A stretch of 64,000 nt of DNA from Eledone cirrhosa (GCA_964016885.1 OZ024743.1:263004001-263068000), one strand, 5' to 3'. Shown: positions 40,592 through 54,997, counted from the stretch's first letter. The notes: generated from the sequence alone by a model not told the origin. Program-made: numbers and translations.

Positions 40592-40959
40592 TACAGATCT
40601 CACTTTTAAGCTATACATATTTCTATGCAGACAGAGGCTTGCAAAATGTCTTTCAATATTATTCTTGGCCACTGACAACCGCACTAAAGATCAAAAGAAC
40701 CAATTATATCCAGACAAATATAACCCACCACACTGCATTACACGTTATATCACTCCTATCACACCGTATTACACCACGCCCATGCCTTATGGCACTATAC
40801 TACATTATATCACATTATGTCGCACCAACCATATCTACGTATCATATCACAGACTATATATATCACGGAAGCACACCATATCACATAATACCACATTACT
40901 CCTCATCACATTAAGCCAGATCAAACTATATCACACACATATATATATATGTATATACA

Positions 40960-40991
<32 letters not shown>

Positions 40992-41092
40992 CACACATAC
41001 ACACACACACACACCCACACACATATATATATATATATATTTTTTTTTTTTAAATATAGATGAGATTCTACAGGACTAGAACTGTTTCATTC

Positions 41093-41149
41093 ATGAGATT
41101 CCTGATGATTTCTAACGAATGAAACAGTTCTAGTCCTGTAGAATCTCAT
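41093..41149 (+). ncRNA. Type I hammerhead in a short element (about 41053-41220) preceded by an inverted copy of its own 3' half
   Basis: atgagattc CTGATGA tttc taac gaat GAA ACAG ttctagtc CTGT A gaatctcat: 9-bp stem I, GUA site. Confidence 0.8.
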
Positions 41150-41218
41150 CTATATTAAAATTGCAATGTATTGAGTACCTTACTTACTGTGGTTACCTCC
41201 GATTCAACCCAGAATAAC

Positions 41219-41284
<66 letters not shown>

Positions 41285-41303
41285 GATACACGCACACACA
41301 AAC

Positions 41304-41395
<92 letters not shown>

Positions 41396-41406
41396 TATAT
41401 ATGTAT

Positions 41407-41497
<91 letters not shown>

Positions 41498-41549
41498 AAC
41501 ATATATACACACACACACATATATCATCATCATCATATCCACACACACA

Positions 41550-41585
<36 letters not shown>

Positions 41586-42113
41586 ACTAAATCAGATCAT
41601 ACCAGACTATAATACCTCCCACCATCCGTGTCTACACCACTTCAAACATCTTCCTATGGTGACCATATCTCTATATAACAGCCGTAATCCGACTGTCGTT
41701 ACCATATTGTCAGGACTTCTTCCATTTACCAATATACAATTCTTTATAATTCACTCTTGTCACTAACATTCTCTAATTTTATATCAAGTGTCGTGGAATT
41801 GATTGTTCAAGTTTGGCATATCTTTCATTGGTTGATTTTGCTCATTAATTCTTCACTTTGAACAAGAAAATGGAACTCAAAACCAATTATTTCTATCACT
41901 CTCTCTCTCATCCCTCTCATTGTCTCTCCCTCTGTATCTCTCTCTTCCCCACACTCTCTATTTCTCCCTCTTTCTATCTCTCTTTCTCTTTTTATCTCTC
42001 TCTCACTGTTTCTATCCCAAAGATGGTGATTTTTAACATTAGCAAACAAACTCACCTTGCGTAGGAGTGTTGCCCAGGGTTCTACAGAGCCTGCAATGCG
42101 AGGCTACAAATAA

Positions 42114-42149
<36 letters not shown>

Positions 42150-42157
<8 letters not shown>

Positions 42158-42340
42158 GAACTGGCTTCTACAGGACTAGAACTGTTTCATTCGGAAGAAA
42201 TCCTCTTTTCTTGATGAATTCTTCCGAATGGAACAGTTCTAATCCTGTAGAAGCCATTTCTATATTAAATAGTTATACTCTGCTATGTATTGAGTTCCTT
42301 ACTTACTGTGGTTACCCCTGATTGAACCCGGGATAAACAC
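42150..42340 (+). mobile_element. Related element with a decayed HHR (42207-42253) and an inverted 5' arm
   Basis: TTGATGA attc ttcc gaat GGA ACAG…CTGT A gaag. Shares its tail with 41170-41220 and with the reverse complement of 3160-3220. Confidence 0.7.
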
Positions 42341-42364
42341 ACACACACACACACACATATATAC

Positions 42365-42404
<40 letters not shown>

Positions 42405-42513
42405 ACGTAAGAATATGTATATGTCTGTGTGCGTATGTATATGTATGTGTATATGTGTATATATAAATATATTTGTATATATGTAGGTATGAATGCATGC
42501 GTGTATGCATATA

Positions 42514-42568
<55 letters not shown>

Positions 42569-42699
42569 ATTGCTCTACAGAATGTTTTCTTCCTCAGCTC
42601 TCGACTAGAAATTTCAACGATTTCGATATTTTCCACCAGTGTCACTTCCTCCGGTGTTGCCAAGAAGCATTGATCTTAATAGGGAACATCCAGCATAAC

Positions 42700-43547
42700 C
42701 AAGAACCTGGTAAAAACGTTTCTTTGAAGCTTTCCCGTCTATCTACTAACGAGCATATTTTCAACGACCATTTCACATATTACAATGAAGCTCTTGCTCG
42801 GAGTGGATTTGTCGATAAGATAGCATATACAGAGTACGAGTATAGACCTAGAAAAAATAGATCCCGACGCATTATATGGTATAACCCACCATATAATATG
42901 GAGGTGGCCACACCATTAGCTAAGATCTTTCTCTCCCTTATTATGAAGCATTTTCCCCCAACACATAAATATAGTAAAATTTTTAATAGAAATACCATTA
43001 AAATATCTTACTCTACGACTCCTAACCTTGCACATAACATCACAGCTTCACATTTAGCTAAACTACCTAGCCGTAGGAACACGTGAACCCTGTAGTTAGT
43101 ACTAACTGCAATTGTAGGAATCGGGTTGACTGCCCCCTATCCGGGAAATGCCTCTCTAGTAACATTGTCTACAAATGTAAGGTTGAAACACCCACGTCCC
43201 GTAGGGACTACATAGGGTTAACCGCCAATAGATTCAAGCAGCGTGTTTACATGCATACCCATTCTTGTTTTAACCCTTTAAGAAGGAATATGAGGTCACT
43301 TTCAGCTTATATCTGGAGTCTAAAAGACAACCACACCCAATATAAGTTACACTGGGAGATCCTAGCTAAGGCTAGATCGTATAACGGAAATAAAAGACCA
43401 TGTGACCTCTGCGCCGCTGAGGCCCTGGAAATACTCTACGCCAAAGACCACATCTTAAACAAAAAATCTGAGGCAATTTCGGCTTGTAAACATAAATTGC
43501 ACAAAACATTCCTGTATTACAGCCCCACATTATACCCTAACGGATAG
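42700..43547 (+). pseudogene. Penelope-like (Naiad-type) RT thumb and GIY-YIG endonuclease, frameshift at about 43083
   Basis: IIWYNPPY…KHFP…KIFNRNTIKISYS, CNCRNRVDCPLSGKCL, IVY…YIG…FKQR…H, CDLC..E…LN. Confidence 0.88.
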
Positions 43548-44567
43548 TACGAGCTATACGCGGATATTTTACGTCTTGATGTGGTAGCTAAGTATATGTT
43601 ATGTTTATACCATTACTTACTTGTATAGGTAAGTATATATTACATGTATGTTTTGTGAAGGTACGTATACTTTCTCGTACGTACATTTGATTGTATATGT
43701 TATGGCGTATATATTATATATTCTGGTACATATGCATTTGGTTATGTGTATACGCGAGTTTTGCGTCTGTGTGAGTATGCGGGTTCGTACGTATGTAGGG
43801 TATGTGTATATATGTACTTTGTGTTTTGGTTGACGTACGTCTCCGAACATATGTGTATTTACATGTAGGTATGTGTGTGCGCGCGTTATATACGTATTTA
43901 TTTATTTATATATGTATACACGCACACACACTCATATATATATATATATATATTTTTTAATATATATTTTTATGTGTATTTGGTGTATACATTCGTATGT
44001 GTGCGGGTACAGCCGTCGCGTGGGTTCTGTATGTGCGTGCGGGTTTTTTTGTGTACGTGCTTGTATTTGTATACCTATGGCGAGTGTTTTCGTGTATGCT
44101 TGTGTATATACGTATATGGATGCGTGTATGTATTTATTTAATTTCAATTACCTCTGTATTTTATTTACTTTATTCTTAACTCTGAAGCCGAGAATCATTC
44201 GGTTTCCTAGTTAGAAATTTAGTCTATGACTTCAGTTATACCATTTACGTAGTTTTGTCTTTGCGTGCAATTGTTCTCCCCGATCCACATAATGACGTAT
44301 TATCTTCGTTTTTTCCGTTCATTGCCACAGAACGTCTCCATGAACCACCCAATAGGGTATTAGTCTACGACTTCTTTTATACGATAAACGTGGTCTTGCC
44401 TTTGCGTGTAATTGTTTTTCACCGCTCCAAATAATGACGTATTATCTTCGTTTTATCCCGTTCTTTGCCAGGGAACGTTTCCATGAACCAGAGTATCGTC
44501 TTCCTGTCTTCCTCCGGTTGCAACGCTTTTTGAAATATTTACTTCTGCGTTCACAGATTGACTTTTT

Positions 44568-44618
44568 AGTTTCAGAAGATCCCGTTAAGGGTGAAAGCAG
44601 CGATTCTTTGCTTAAACT
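44568..44618 (+). ncRNA. Hammerhead with U4A at the 3' pseudo-LTR of this PLE
   Basis: agttt CAGAAGA tccc gttaa gggt GAA AGCA…TGCT T aaact, followed by AATAAA and (TA)n. Confidence 0.6.
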
Positions 44619-44725
44619 TTAATATGTTATTTTAATAAATATTTGCTCTACGGTTCTTATATATTTGATATATATTTATCCTTATCGAGCCCTCTTTGGA
44701 TTTTAGTCTTCAAATTTATTATTAT

Positions 44726-44774
<49 letters not shown>

Positions 44775-45317
44775 ATATAAAGTGACAATAAGAATTGCTG
44801 CTATTTGTAAACTTTATTACATACTAGACCACCAGCAAACCGTTGGGTCACGTTCATTTAAAAATAATTTTTAAATAATTACAATATACACAGACATCTA
44901 AACTATAATAAAGTAAGGAGCGCGGGACTGCGTACGGTTTATAATTTTTTATCCCATTAGTAAAATAAGTTGGATTAATTTCAATAAATAATGACTGAAT
45001 ATTACATAAATTATCTACTAAATTTCGTGGCTGTTGATTAAATATATTTTGTTTATTTAAAGATTCGCTTCTTTAAAATTTCTGCAATGTCAACACTTAC
45101 GGTTGGCCATCGCTTAAATAAAGTTACTAATTTTCTCCTAATGCAGTTTATATATAATATAATCTTTTTTTTTAATGTATCATGGATTACGTTACTGATT
45201 AAATAAGACAGTATAACGCGGTCTTCGTTCGATTTCTATGTATTATATATTGTCAATTACGATTTTATTTCATGTATCATATCTACATGTATATATACCT
45301 GCGTATAATATCAATAT

Positions 45318-45401
45318 ACACACTACACATGCTATCAGAAAACCACCCTAAGGGTGGTTTTTCTGGTAGTGTGTATAATGTAAAATGAAATTGGAAGGCC
45401 C

Positions 45402-45462
<61 letters not shown>

Positions 45463-45553
45463 TATATATACATATGGGCCTTCCAATTTCATTTTACATT
45501 ATATACACTAGCAGAAAAACCACCCTTAGGGTGGTTTTCTGATAGCATGTGTA

Positions 45554-45559
<6 letters not shown>
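45318..45559. repeat. Inverted repeat of about 92 bp enclosing (TA)n; each arm has an internal hairpin
   Basis: AGAAAACCACCC TAA GGGTGGTTTTTCT in both arms. Confidence 0.85.
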
Positions 45560-45623
<64 letters not shown>

Positions 45624-45905
45624 GTATGTGTGTGTGTGTGTGTGTATATGCGGGTGTCTGTGACCTATATAAACCGGTAACACACACACACATACATATA
45701 TATATATATTCATATATATGTAGATAAATCTACCAAAATATACGGTAGTGTCCAATCCGTATGAAGAACTGAATGTAATCCAAATATCATAAAAAAAGAA
45801 GATGCATTCAAAAATTTTCCATGAAAATCATAGGAAAACAGAGTCAAGATAATTAATAAAACAATGAATAAAAACAAAGAACAAGTTCCTTATATTAAAA
45901 AATTC

Positions 45906-46036
45906 ATCATTTTACGATCGTTTCTAGGATATATATGTGTGTTGGTATGTATATCATATAGATCTATGTAAAAATATTACAAACTATCAGAGGAAATATA
46001 CATACCTTCACATATATATGCTGTCTTCAGAAATGA

Positions 46037-46037
<1 letters not shown>
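45906..46037 (-). ncRNA. Canonical-core hammerhead with a 99-nt stem-loop II; relative of 5335-5466
   Basis: atcattt CTGAAGA cag…cta GAA ACGATCGT A aaatgat. Confidence 0.8.
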
Positions 46038-46122
<85 letters not shown>

Positions 46123-46232
46123 TATAAATATATATTTTCACACACACACACTTAGAAACCCTTTCTATTTAACAGGATACAGTATTCGTTTCATTGAAGT
46201 CACCGGTTATAATTTCATTCAACAACACCAGC

Positions 46233-46313
<81 letters not shown>

Positions 46314-47609
46314 CCTTCTCTCCCTCTCTCTTCCATTTTCCTTCTCAGTCTCATTCACTCTCTCTCTATGTGTCTCTTTCAATCTACTCTCTCACAACCA
46401 CTATCTCTTTTTCTCTATCATTCTCTCTCTCTCTATTTATGAAGGTAAAACCCCTTATCTCGGGAACCCGTGCACCGATTTACGCGAAACTTGTTTTATT
46501 CTATTTGTATTCGCATTTCAGGTTCGACTTTCTTTCAAAGTATTTTCCCCTTTTGGCTGTATTACATTAGAGATACGCACAGAATCACAGAGCGTTAGTA
46601 ACATATATATTACAATTTGCTTCCGTATTGATCAGCTCGGGTTTGATCATGTGATCGGATCCGGACTCTTAATATGTATACACACACACATATATATATT
46701 TGTATATATATTCACAACACACACATATATATATATATATATATATGTATATACACACACACACATATATATATTTGTATATATATTCACCCCCCCCCCC
46801 ACATATGTACATATATTTGTATAAGTAGCGAACAGCTGTTCATTCAACGATGTTAAATAGAAAACACGGTTGTGTTCCAGTCTGATCACTTTTATTACGG
46901 ATTTTCTGTATTTTCTTATTTGTTCTTTATGCTTAGTTTAACACTATCGTTCCGAAATCCATGTTTGGGCTATGATCTGAGTTCAAATCCCTCCTAGGTT
47001 AACTTTGCCTTTCATCCTTACGGGGTCGATAAAATAAGGTACCAGTCTCGCACTGCGGTCGATTTAATCGACGTTCCCCTTCTCCAAAATTGCTGGCCTT
47101 GTGTCTATATAAGAAACTATTATTAATGTTTAGGTTGCAGTATCGGTAGAGGGTCGGACGCCATGCTTAGCAGCATAGAGTTACGGACCTTTACGATCTG
47201 AGTTCAAATCCCACCGAGTTTAACTTTTTCTTTCATCCTTTCGGGGTCGATAAAATAAGGTACCAGTAATGCAATGGGATAATTGCTGGCCTTGTGCCAA
47301 AAGTAGAAACAATTATTAATGTTTCGAAGTTTTGAAGGTTTCATCATCAGAATCAGAATAGTTATACTATTGGCCTATTCGTCATATGCTTAGTAGTGGT
47401 TGTAAAGTACTATAGAAGTGATATGAGATCGTGGACGCCTGATTTAAAATTCGTCACGCTTAATACATGTACACAGTTAGGGGGTGGCTCCACAGATACA
47501 AAATATCTGTAGTGAAAACTCTCATTACTTCACGTTTTAAGCTTTCATTACTAAGACCGATTTAAATAAGGAAATCTTACGCATAAAATAAGCATCAGTT
47601 AATAACAGT

Positions 47610-47730
47610 GAAGGCGTGTGGCTGATTGGTTAGAGAACTGGATTCGCAATCGTGAGGTTGTTAGTTCGATTCCTGGACCGCGCGATGCGTTATGTCCTTG
47701 AGCAAGAGACTTTATTCCACGTTGCTCCTT
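47610..47730 (+). mobile_element. Second tRNA-derived SINE family
   Basis: TGGCTGATTGG (A box), GTTCGATTCC (B box), then TGTCCTTGAGCAAG body. Confidence 0.65.
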
Positions 47731-48533
47731 CTATCTGGAGTTGCGACCGATAGATAGTATTAGCAATTGGAAAGACCAACGGAAACATTGTTTCCTCGGT
47801 CCGATTTGTCGATCGACACCATAATTAATAACGTTTTGCCCAAAACTGTAGTAGGTAGTAGACCATGGCAAGACAACAGAAGTAACACCAAAAAAAGATA
47901 CAACAGAACAAGTTGGGCATATAAGCCATTAGAAAAAAGAAAAACGGACAATATCACATGTGGGAACTGAGCTATTGAAAGACGGATCTTTTTCAACACG
48001 CTGACGCGTGTGTGTATACGTGTGTACGTGCGTGTATGTACATCTGCATACATTTATACGTATGTATGTCTGTGAGTGTTTATTTTTGTGTGTCTGTGTT
48101 TGCGCATAAATATAAACGCGAAAATACAGACACACAAAAATAAACACTGACAGACATACATTCAGACAAATACATTCACACACATACATTCAGAAAACAC
48201 ACACATACATTTACATAAAGACACATATACATATACACTCACACAGCGTAATAAATGTAACGTCAGTGTCGGTGTTTTGCTATAGTTTTTTCACCATCCC
48301 CTTCCTTCCCTTTACACACACATATATTCACAAGCAGCAGACGTAAAAAGAGAGGAGTAGTATGAGGTAGTTAAACTACTCCTCTCTCTTTACGTGTTGT
48401 GACAGAATCGCAAACATTTATATATAGATTAAAAGCAATGATTTCCTGGAAAACAGTAACGCATATTATGCTATCGAAGGCAGAAATATATTTGAAGAAA
48501 TAAGACGTTAAAATCGATGAGAGATAGATAGAT

Positions 48534-51072
48534 GTGTTTCTTTATTAGCCACAGGGGCACAAAAGAAGGAGACAAATACAAAGGGGGTAGTTTACATACA
48601 ATAAAAACGTGTAAAATATGATCACAAATGCAATTTAAAAGTTAATTGATTTTCCCCAATAGGGGGAGACATTTCATATGGGTAACACATACCCCCGAAA
48701 AAATGTGCAACCCTCATCTCCAGGAGTACGAAGAGTTTGTATCTCTTTCCTCTCTTCCTCCTTTTCCTCAACCTACAGGCTGATATAGAGAGAAGGCCCA
48801 TTCACTCGGGCCATTCTCGCCACTTTCACCCACCTTTCATAAAACTTGCTGGGGAACAGCACCTCTCTCTCCATCCTGATTCTTCTTCCAAAGTGGTACT
48901 TGAAAAAAAGAATCAGTTGTTGGCCGGAGAGAAAGGTGTCTGACCTCAGCCCTTTCAACCTTGTCCACCATACAACCTCTTTCGCCATAGCTATCACACA
49001 AAGGAAAACCTCCTCTCCTTCATTTTTGAAGGAGGGTGGCGGTTTGATCATGACAATGGACTCGGTGGTCAACCGGATTGGTACCACCCGCGACAATAGT
49101 CGTTCTACATAGCCCCACAGATCGGTAACGCCCGGGCAGTGTATGAATGCGTGCACGACGGTTTCTTCGTCTCGCACGCATCTCGGACAGATCTTTTTCG
49201 AAGGGTCCCTGCCCGGGCGCCCATGTCTGTAGAGCTTGTCTCGAACTGGTAGAGCTCCTCGGTAGCACTGCCTGGCCAGGGACTTTTGGAAGTTGTCCAC
49301 CGGTCCCGGGCGGAAGGTCCTACCGAACAGACTGGCCAGTTCGTCTTCCTCTACGCCTAGAGCTTCTCCGAGCGCGTCGTCGCACTTGCTGCGGATCAAC
49401 CTTCTATAGAATGACGAAGTGGAGTCTCCACTGATCGCCGGGTCCGCCTGCCAGAGTGTTGTGAGCGCCTGAGCACATTCGATGTGTCAGTCGCCCATTT
49501 TCCTCGGTCCTTGCTTGACCCAGGACTGCAGCTCGGTCAGCGAGACGAGTCGTGGGAAGGCTCGCCTCACGAATGGGGCCCACACCGGTTGTCCGGTGAG
49601 GAATACGTAGAGATGCCGCAGCCTGAGCGCGTGTTTGCGCATCGTCAGCCACGGCATCTCCAGCCCTCCATTGGAAGGGTGTTGCAGCAGATGGATTTTC
49701 TCACCAGAGGAGCCCGCTTCTTCCAAAGGAATTGGAAGAGGGCGCGCTCTATTTTGGTGAGCGTTTTGGCTGGACAACGCACGACGGTCAAGCGGTAGTA
49801 GATGACGGACGCTATAAACGTGTTCGCCACCTCCGCTCGACCTTTCAAGGATAGTTTGCACTCGGCCCACTTCTGGGTGAGTGCATACACCTTGGCCGTC
49901 ACCTCGTTCCAGTTCTTCTCCACCTGGAGGTCCGGACCAAACCAGACCCCGAACAACTTTACCCGTCCTTCCGTCCAGCGTCCGACGACGCCATCGGAAG
50001 GCATCGGTTTGCCTCTCCACGATCCGAGTTGCAAACCGATGGACTTGTCCCGGTTCAACTTCGCTCCTGTGAATCTTTCGTATTCCTTCAGTTAGGTGCC
50101 AACTTCCTCGATTTGCGAGGTGCTCGACACCATTACTCTGACGTCGTCGGCGTAAGCCGACGCCGCTTTCCGCAGTCCCGGTTCCAGAGGGATGCCCTGC
50201 AGTAGCTCCAACTTCCGCAGTAGTGGCTCGAGAGTCAGTACGTACAGAAGGGAGGATAGAGGGCATCCCTGTCGAATGGATCGCGTGATATGGAACGGCT
50301 CCGAGAGGTAGCCGTTCACCTTGACCCTTGAGCAGATGTTGCTGTTGTGCATTGCAGCAATCCAGCCCCTGAACACGGGTCCGATGCCTGCCGCCTCGAG
50401 CACCGCATCCAGGTAACGATGGTCAACCCTATCGAAATCCTTAGACTGATCCAAGTTGATCAGGGCCCCACCGAAGCCGGGTTTACACCCTACCCTCTCT
50501 ATGATGTATCGCATGAGGTGGAGGTTGTCGTGTATGGACCTGGTCGGGATTGCGCATGTCTGCGCTTCTCCCACTAGATTTTCGACGACAAGTGCCAGCC
50601 TCTTTGCCATCACATTGGCCAAAATCTGTAACTCTGTGTTTAGCAGAGTTATATGCCGGAAGTTGCCTATGTCATCCCCCTTATTCTCGTCCTTCCTGAC
50701 TAGTGTGACTACGCCCCTGGTCACAGAACTGGGAATTCTCCCGTTCTGCTGCCAGTTGCAGTAGACCGCTTCCAGGAGACCGGAGAACAAGTCCGGCATT
50801 GCTACGTAAAATTCGTAGGGTAGACCGTCGAGACCTGGAGATTTGCGTTTGCCGCATTGGCTCAGCGCGTCCCCTATCTCAGCGGCTGAAATCGGCTTTT
50901 TGCAGAACTTCGCCTCGCTGTCCGAGAGTCGCGGTAGGCCGTCGAGGTATGGACCGAAATCCATAGCCCCTCCTGGCGCGCCGCTCTGCCCGAACAGCTG
51001 AGGAAAGTGCCGCTGAAAAGCCGCGCACATCTGCTTCGGCTCACGTATCACGCGTCCGTCTTGGTCCTTCAA
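48534..51072 (-). mobile_element. 5'-truncated Tx1-like LINE of a second subfamily (RT and zf-RVT)
   Basis: SPGLDGLP, QGCPLS, YADD, CPRC. 14-bp TSD AGAGATAGATAGAT at 48520-48533 and 51073-51086. Confidence 0.92.
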
Positions 51073-51123
51073 AGAGATAGATAGATAGAGAGATAGAGAG
51101 ATAGAGATATAGAGAAAGAGAGG

Positions 51124-51157
<34 letters not shown>

Positions 51158-51191
51158 TATAGATAGATAGAGAGGGAGAGAGAACGAGAGC

Positions 51192-51298
<107 letters not shown>

Positions 51299-53599
51299 TG
51301 TGTGTGTATGTTTTAGCAGAGATTAAGTATTCTGTTCATCTTGAATCGTTCTTTTCTTATTTTTAGCGAAATCTCAAAGCCGATGATAAGAAAATTAAAG
51401 ATGACTGTAGCAGACGATATTACATATCGGATTGATATTGATATTTGAATTAGATTATTACATGTGTTGTTTTTATAGATGTTGTGACTCAACATTTACC
51501 CTCAGGGCTTTTTGCCAGTATCTCACATCATTATCTATTCCTTTGTTACAGAATGTGGTAAACAGAGTCGGTTACTTGATCTTTTTCCAAACCAAATATT
51601 TGTCGAAATCAATTCTCCCGAATTCTAGAAAATGTCTCTCCCAAATCTACATACATTCCTTATCTTGTGCCTTGACATATCGACCTATATTACGGCTCCC
51701 TAAGCTTAAATATTTTGGCCGTGTACAGAGAAATAAGAATCGACTACATTGGTTAGTATACCGACATACTATTGACTCGACCAGCTGCCACTCCACCAAT
51801 TGCCATATCAGAAGACATGTTTAGTGTCTACGCAGTTCTTTTTGTGATATTGATGACCATAGAAATAGATCCATGGAGGAATTAAGCTACTGTTATGCGG
51901 TCAAAATTTCAGAGAAATCTACGATAGGTACGTTAGAACGTCGGTTAGACTGCTTTGCGGTATTCGTTCTGGATTCCTGCACTCATCTCGCCAAGGTCAG
52001 CTTCTCCCTTCATATTTTTGAGGTTGATAAAATAGTACCGATTCAGTACGGACACCAGTCCTTCTATACATTTCTATACATTTCGCACTTCTTCTCTATC
52101 ATTCTCATTCCTTATTTAAAAAAAAAAACCCAGCTGCTTTACGATCTGGAGAGAAGACGGCTTCCGCTAGGTTTAAAAATGCCCAAGAAGCACTGCCATC
52201 ACGACTCCATCAGGAGTTACGGGTTGAGAAAAAGAAGATAGGCACAAGGCCACACATTTTAAGTAAGGTGTGTCGTCAATTTCATCGTTCTCAGTACTTT
52301 ATTTATGGAATGAAGCTGTGATAAACGATAAAGCCAGTTTTGACAGGATTTGAATTTCGAATGTAAAGAATTGTAGTTAAACACCACAATACATTTTATT
52401 TGTCATTCTACTGATTTAGTAGTCTTGGAGTCATTGGTTTCTGGCATTGGCACAAGACTATACATTTTTTGTGGGGGTGGGGGGTGAGGTGGATATATTC
52501 TTAGCATTTTATTATTATACCATTAACACGAGGGCGGTGGATAGGCAGAATCGTTAGAGGCATCGGACGAATGCTTAGCAGTATTTGTTCTGGCTCTTTA
52601 CGTTCTGATTTCAAATCCCGCAGAGGTCAACTTTGACTTTCATCTTTCCAAAGTGAATGAAATAAAGCACTAGTTAATTACCGATGCCGATTTAATCAAT
52701 TTTTCCTTTCTTTCAAATTATTGGCGTTGTGCTTTGTGCCTATAAACTATTATTATCCCATTAACATCTAGGATGTATTATAGGAATATAAATATATTTC
52801 AATACTTGTTTGGTACTTTACTTTATATACCCAGGAAGATAACCATGTCGAGATTTGAACTCAAAATTAAAAGACTATAACTGAAAAAAAATGCATATAT
52901 ATATATTTCTAATTTCAAACTCGGTCGCTGTTTCAAAACACACTAACTTGTCATTATACTTGCTAAGAATATAGGTTCTAATTTCAATAAAAGGGGATGG
53001 GTGATGTGTTGGTGTAAGCACAGTGGTTTGAATAATCAAAGATGTGGGTTCGACTCCTATGTACGTCAAAACTCATCTTTTTTTTCCATTTCTTAGAGGG
53101 TTCTAAACTCCACTATCAGGCTAACATTTTCTTTAGTAAAAAATACGACGAAAGCTTCTAATTTCACACACACATACACTCGTACATACATATATACACA
53201 CATACACACATATATATAGCTATGTTCGAAGCTAAATTCTAATTATATATATATATATATATATATAGTAATAGTAATAGTAATAAATTTGAAGACCTAA
53301 ATCCATATATATATATATATATATATACGCACATACACACACATATATAGCTATGTTCGAAGCTAAATTCTAATTATATATACATATACATACATACACA
53401 CGCGCACACACATATATATAGCTATATTCGAAGCTAAATTCTTATTCTCTCTCTATATATGTATATATACAAACACATACGCACATTCATACGTACACAC
53501 GCCTGTCTATGTATGTATGTATGTATGTATGTATGTATGTATGTATGTATGTATGTATGCATGCATGCATGCATGCATGCATGCATGCATGTATGTATG

Positions 53600-54207
53600 T
53601 CAGGTCACCACTTGGTGCTACTGGTAACATGTATCCCAGTACAACCTGTCTCATGGTCGGGTCGTTGGCGACTAAACTGGCAACCCCACCAAGGTTTCTT
53701 GGTGAGGAGGGTGTCTTTGGACATCCTGCAGGACTAAAAACAAAACCTGTCAAAGGGAAAAGGAGCTCTTAAGAGTCAATGGCCATCCAAAATCACTGGG
53801 AGAGATGACCCCTTAGCCTTTGTCAAGGCAGAATTCTAGGAGAAGGAAAACTCTGATATAACACCTGCAACCCTGATGGTATCCAATGATGTTGACTTGT
53901 TCTTCTTTTTGGTAAATATCATCTTGGTTAAGAGAGTGGGTCTGGCTTTGTGCAGTGCCTTTGCTCACTATAAAAGCTTCACGGCACAGACATTGCTTTA
54001 TATTTGGAGATCTCTCTGCACTTGTCGTCATATGGTACCATGGGCCCAGCACTATGTGTCAATAATTGTCACAAGTGTAGTGTTTGTACCAGAGTTTTCA
54101 AGTCGCTGGGTGGACTAAAAAGTCACACTCGTTCAGCGCATCGGTAAGGGTTCTCCTACATGGATATAAAGTAGTGGCCGTACTCGAAAACGAGTTGGCA
54201 GCCACCA
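53600..54207 (+). mobile_element. Longer copy of the 20590-21041 repeat, inside (TATG)n
   Basis: Sequence identity to 20590-21041; flanked by (ATGT)n. Confidence 0.75.
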
Positions 54208-54477
54208 TGTATGTATGTATGTATGTATGTATGTATGTATGTATGTATGTATGTATGTATGTATGTGGGCGTGTGTACAATTTACAAACGAAGCCTTTGA
54301 AATATTTTACATATTTCAGCAGTTACATTAATGGTTTCTACTTGGAATTTACTTATTAGTCATCTTCATCTTGCAAAAACTCAGCTTCTTAATATTGGTG
54401 CAGAATGGGTATGAACGTGGTCGCTAAAACTGTTTTTAGCAACCACGTTCATACTAATTTCAAACTCCCTTCCAAGT

Positions 54478-54515
<38 letters not shown>

Positions 54516-54997
54516 TCAGGAAGTTGGATGTGTTCTGATTTGGAGGAAGAAAGTCTTCGCCAGGTTTAAAATGCCTGACTCGTATATCATGAAGGACTCC
54601 CACGACTTGATCAGGAGTTCGTGGCTCGTGGATGGATGTATGGATTCTTTCTCTATGTATGATTGTTTCCTTACCAAATTCTTTGAATTCTTTCTATAAA
54701 GAAGAGGCAGTAGTAGCAACAAACAAACAAAACAAAACAAAACAAAAACTAAAATGAAAAACAAAGCTCTACCATCGGTGGAATTTAGTTGATGACAACA
54801 ATATGATGATTTTTAGAAAGGTCTTCTTTATTAACATTGGTCATACACGTAATATGTATTGCGCTACCTTAGATTTCGAGGCGTAGGCGTGGCAGCGCCT
54901 ATATCTTGAAATGATAAGGTAGTGTAATACATAATGTATTAGGTCTTTTTCATTAGGTAGAGAGGTATTTTCATTTTTTCTTCCTACGGACATTCTA

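Noticed and set aside
43084-43086. Selenocysteine UGA in the PLE ORF
   Set aside because: Homology continues in a different frame, so this is a frameshift, not read-through.
47315-47357. CTGATGA…GAAAC on the minus strand beside a SINE end
   Set aside because: Stem II is poor and the 3' half is SINE tail; it cannot be supported.
54675-54693. Possible 19-nt microexon on the minus strand (…ttatag|AAAGAATTCAAAGAATTTG|gtaag)
   Set aside because: Only splice-like signals; no neighbouring exons or expression evidence.
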